DNA from: Malacoraja senta | Taxonomy: Eukaryota | Reading direction: 5' to 3' | Assembly (NCBI GenBank): GCA_038087875.1 | Contig: JAXLNO010000062.1 | Coordinates: 248,001-312,000 of the forward strand | Length of the DNA: 64,000 bases | Part shown: positions 61,141 through 64,000 of the stretch, one piece after another | Layout of the letters: every line of letters begins with the position of its first letter | How positions within the stretch are numbered: position 1 is the first letter of the stretch | Notes under the pieces: generated by a model | What the model was told of the DNA's origin: nothing | Databases searched by the model: none | Seen by the model: the letters and a program-made list of their open reading frames with translations, nothing else | Position numbers and translations under genes: made by a program

Positions 61141-61717
61141 ACTGTTACCCAGGGAATCCGAATCTCATGGACATTAAACATCGTGTAGGGTTGGGGTGGG
61201 ATAGGGTAGAGGTGAGGAGTGGGGCAAGGAGAGGGGTTATGGAGGGAGGAAGGGAGTGACTGAGGGAGGGAGAGGTGATTGAGGGAGGAGGAGAGGGGAA
61301 AGAAGAGGGAAGGTGAAGATACTTGGTGTGGGCCGAGCCTCGGGGCTACAGCCGGGCCCGGGCGCTGGGGAGCGGACACAGACACGGACTGGGCCCTGAA
61401 CGCGGCTCCGGGCCCTGGGCTGGGGTTCGAGCCGGTGTGGGGTCTTGGGGCTGCTGCTCCGGGCCCACAGGGAGGGAGAGGAGCGGGACCTGGGGCAAGG
61501 ACTAGGTAGCAGCCTCGTCTTCTCCTTCCCCCAGACTGCAGCCTCTCCCTCCCATGGCTCCAGACCTGTCGACATGTGACGCCTGTATGGTCATGAATAG
61601 TCGTCCAAAGAGTCCTACCTTTTCCTGGTCGCCGCTGGATTTTCAACGTGTTGACGTTGAACTATGACGGGTGCCGGCAGTCGCTGAAAAATATTGCGTA
61701 CGTGGGACAGGCCCTTT

Positions 61718-62598
61718 AAGTCAAGTCAAGTGAGTTTATTGTCATGTGTCCCTGGTAGGACAATGAAATTCTTGCTTTGCTTGAGCACAACAGAACATAG
61801 TAGGCATTTACTACAAGGCATTCTATAAATATATACACAATGATCAAAATACTGATAAAGTGCAAATAACAGTATTGGCTACTAAAGTTCAGTGTTATGT
61901 CCGAGCCAGGTTTAATAGCCTGATGGCTGTGGGGAAGTAGCTGTTCCTGAACCTGGTCGTTGCATTCTTCAGGCTCCTGTACCTTCTACCTGAAGGTAGT
62001 AGGAAGATGAGTGTGTGGCCAGGATGGTGTGGGTCCTTGATGATGCTGCCAGCCTTTTTGAGGCAGCGACTGTGGTAGATCCCCTCGATGGAAGGGAGGT
62101 CAGAGCCGATGATGGACTGGGCAGTGTTTACTACTTTTTGTAGTCTTTTCCTCTCCAGGGCACTCAAGTTGCCGAACCAAGCCACGATGCAACCGGTCAG
62201 CATGCTCTCTACTGTGCACCTGTAGAAGTTAGAGAGAGTCCTCCTTGACAAACCGACTCTCCGTAATCTTCTCAGGAAGTAGAGGCGCTGATGTGCTTTC
62301 TTAATAATAGCATCATTGTTCTCGGACCAGGAAAAATCTTCAGAGATGTGCACGCCCAGGAATTTGAACCTCTTGACCCTTTCAACCATCGACCCGTTGA
62401 TATAAACGGGACTGTCGGTCCCCATCCTACTCCTTCCAAAGTCCACAATCAGTTTCTTGGTTTTGCTGGTGTTGAGGGCCAGGTTGTTGTGCTGGCACCA
62501 TATGGACAGTTGCTCGATCTCTCTTCTATACTCTGACTCATCCCCGTAAGGGATACGTCCCACAACAGTGGTGTCATCAGCGAACTTGATGATGGAGG
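61718..62598 (-). mobile_element. Rex1/Babar LINE 3' fragment
   Basis: IIKFADDTTVVG, KKAHQRLYFLRRL and LPSGRRYRS motifs; (CTTGA)n tail. Confidence 0.9.
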
Positions 62599-64000
62599 AA
62601 GCCTTGTTTGAGCTCACAGTCAGGTGGGGGCTGTAAAGCTTCACTTGGTTCCAGTTGGATTGTCTGGTCCCTGTATTGTCTTAGATAGACGCAAAATGCT
62701 GGAGTAACTCAACAGGACAGGCAGCATCTCTGGAGAGAAGGAATGGGTGACGTTTCTGGTCTAGATGTTTCTTCAGACAGATATCGGGAGTGGGAGGTAC
62801 ATAGATAAGGAAGTGTGTAGACAAGGAAATCTATGTTTATAGATAAGGATATCTCCCACTCCCCTGACATCAGTCTGAAGAAGGATGTCGACAGGAAACG
62901 TCACCCATTCCTTCGCTCCAGCGATGATGCCTGTCCCGCTGAGTTTCTCTAGCATTTTGTGTCCATCTTTGGTGTAAAGCAGCATCTGCAGTTCCTTCCT
63001 ACACAAGCCATTTGGGCAGGCCGGTGGGGGTGAGTAGGAGGGGTTGGGGGAGACGTGTAAAATCACAAAGGATAGTGAGTGTGGAGAAGTCGTGTCAGAA
63101 TGACAAGGTCACTGTGTTGACGGTGCAGGTTTAAAAGGGTGGCACGGTGGCGCAGTGTAGAGTTGCTGCCTTCCAGCACTTGCGGCATCAGAGACCAGAG
63201 TTCGATCCCGACTACAGGTGCTGTATTTACAGAGTTTGTATGTTCTCCTCGAGGGTTTTCTCGGAGACCTTCCGTTTCCTCCCAAGCTCCAATGACATAC
63301 AGACTTGTTGGTTAATTGGCTTTGTATAAATGTAAAATTGTCCCTAGTGTGTTTAGGGTAGAGTTAATGTGCAGGGATTGCTGGTCGGTGGGTCGAAGGC
63401 TTGTTTCCGCGCTCTACCTAAACTCTACAGTGATTGGAAACAACCAGCGCTGGGTTTCTTGGTTTTTGGTCACATTTGCTCTGAAACAGAGAAGGAAGCA
63501 GATCCGGTGAACTTCTCAAAGAAACTGGAGAAATGATGGAATTGGAATGGGTTTGCAGGCCAGTGGGGGAAGAGCGAGGGGCAGGGGGGTGGTGATTGTT
63601 CAAGCATTTGTAACTATCTTCCGTTCAGGCAGCGGGCGCAGGCAGCCATGTGTTAGAACCTTGATACAGCTAGTTATAACTAGTCCCAAAGACGTGCGGA
63701 TTTGTAGCTTTATTGGCCTCTGTTAATTGTCTCTAGTGTGGAAGGGAGTGGATGTGAAAATGAGGTAGCTTTGGGGTTATGGGGAGAAGGTGGGAGAATG
63801 GAGATGATGGGGAAAGATAGATCAGCCATGATTGAATGGTGTAGTAAATGATGGGCCGAATGGCAATTCTGCTCCTTGAACATGAACTTATGTACATAGA
63901 ACTAGTATGAAAGGGAGATTGATGGTCAGCATGGACTCGATGGGCCAAGGCGCCTAGATCCTTTCTGTACCTCAGGTTTAGCTTTATTATTATTACATGT

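Noticed and set aside
61092..61646. GC-rich ORFs (184 aa and 112 aa), possible first exon
   Set aside because: Compositionally biased, overlapping a MITE end and purine-rich repeat; no convincing start or donor.

Overview
Eukaryotic, repeat-rich genomic DNA, most likely from a cartilaginous fish (skate/ray-like), judged from HE1/V-SINE-type SINEs and CR1 (HER1-like), Penelope, Rex1, L2, L1, Vingi, Nimb, Gypsy and Harbinger elements. No intact host gene is evident. Two decayed host genes lie on the minus strand. (1) A giantin/GOLGB1-like coiled-coil gene (ATG at 43463, terminal exon ending 10477). Its small exons keep splice sites and phase, but its large exon (~15105-18718) is broken by many stops and frameshifts, its tail-anchor exon is out of frame, and one 114-bp exon is triplicated. 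(2) Relic exons of a PRDM9-like gene: a post-KRAB exon at 59538-59660 and PR/SET exons at 52194-52261 and 50990-51172, the last frameshifted. A CpG-island promoter split by a Nimb LINE, and an orphan ATG exon, sit between the PRDM9 exons. All identifications are by eye from translations and remembered family motifs; no searches were run.
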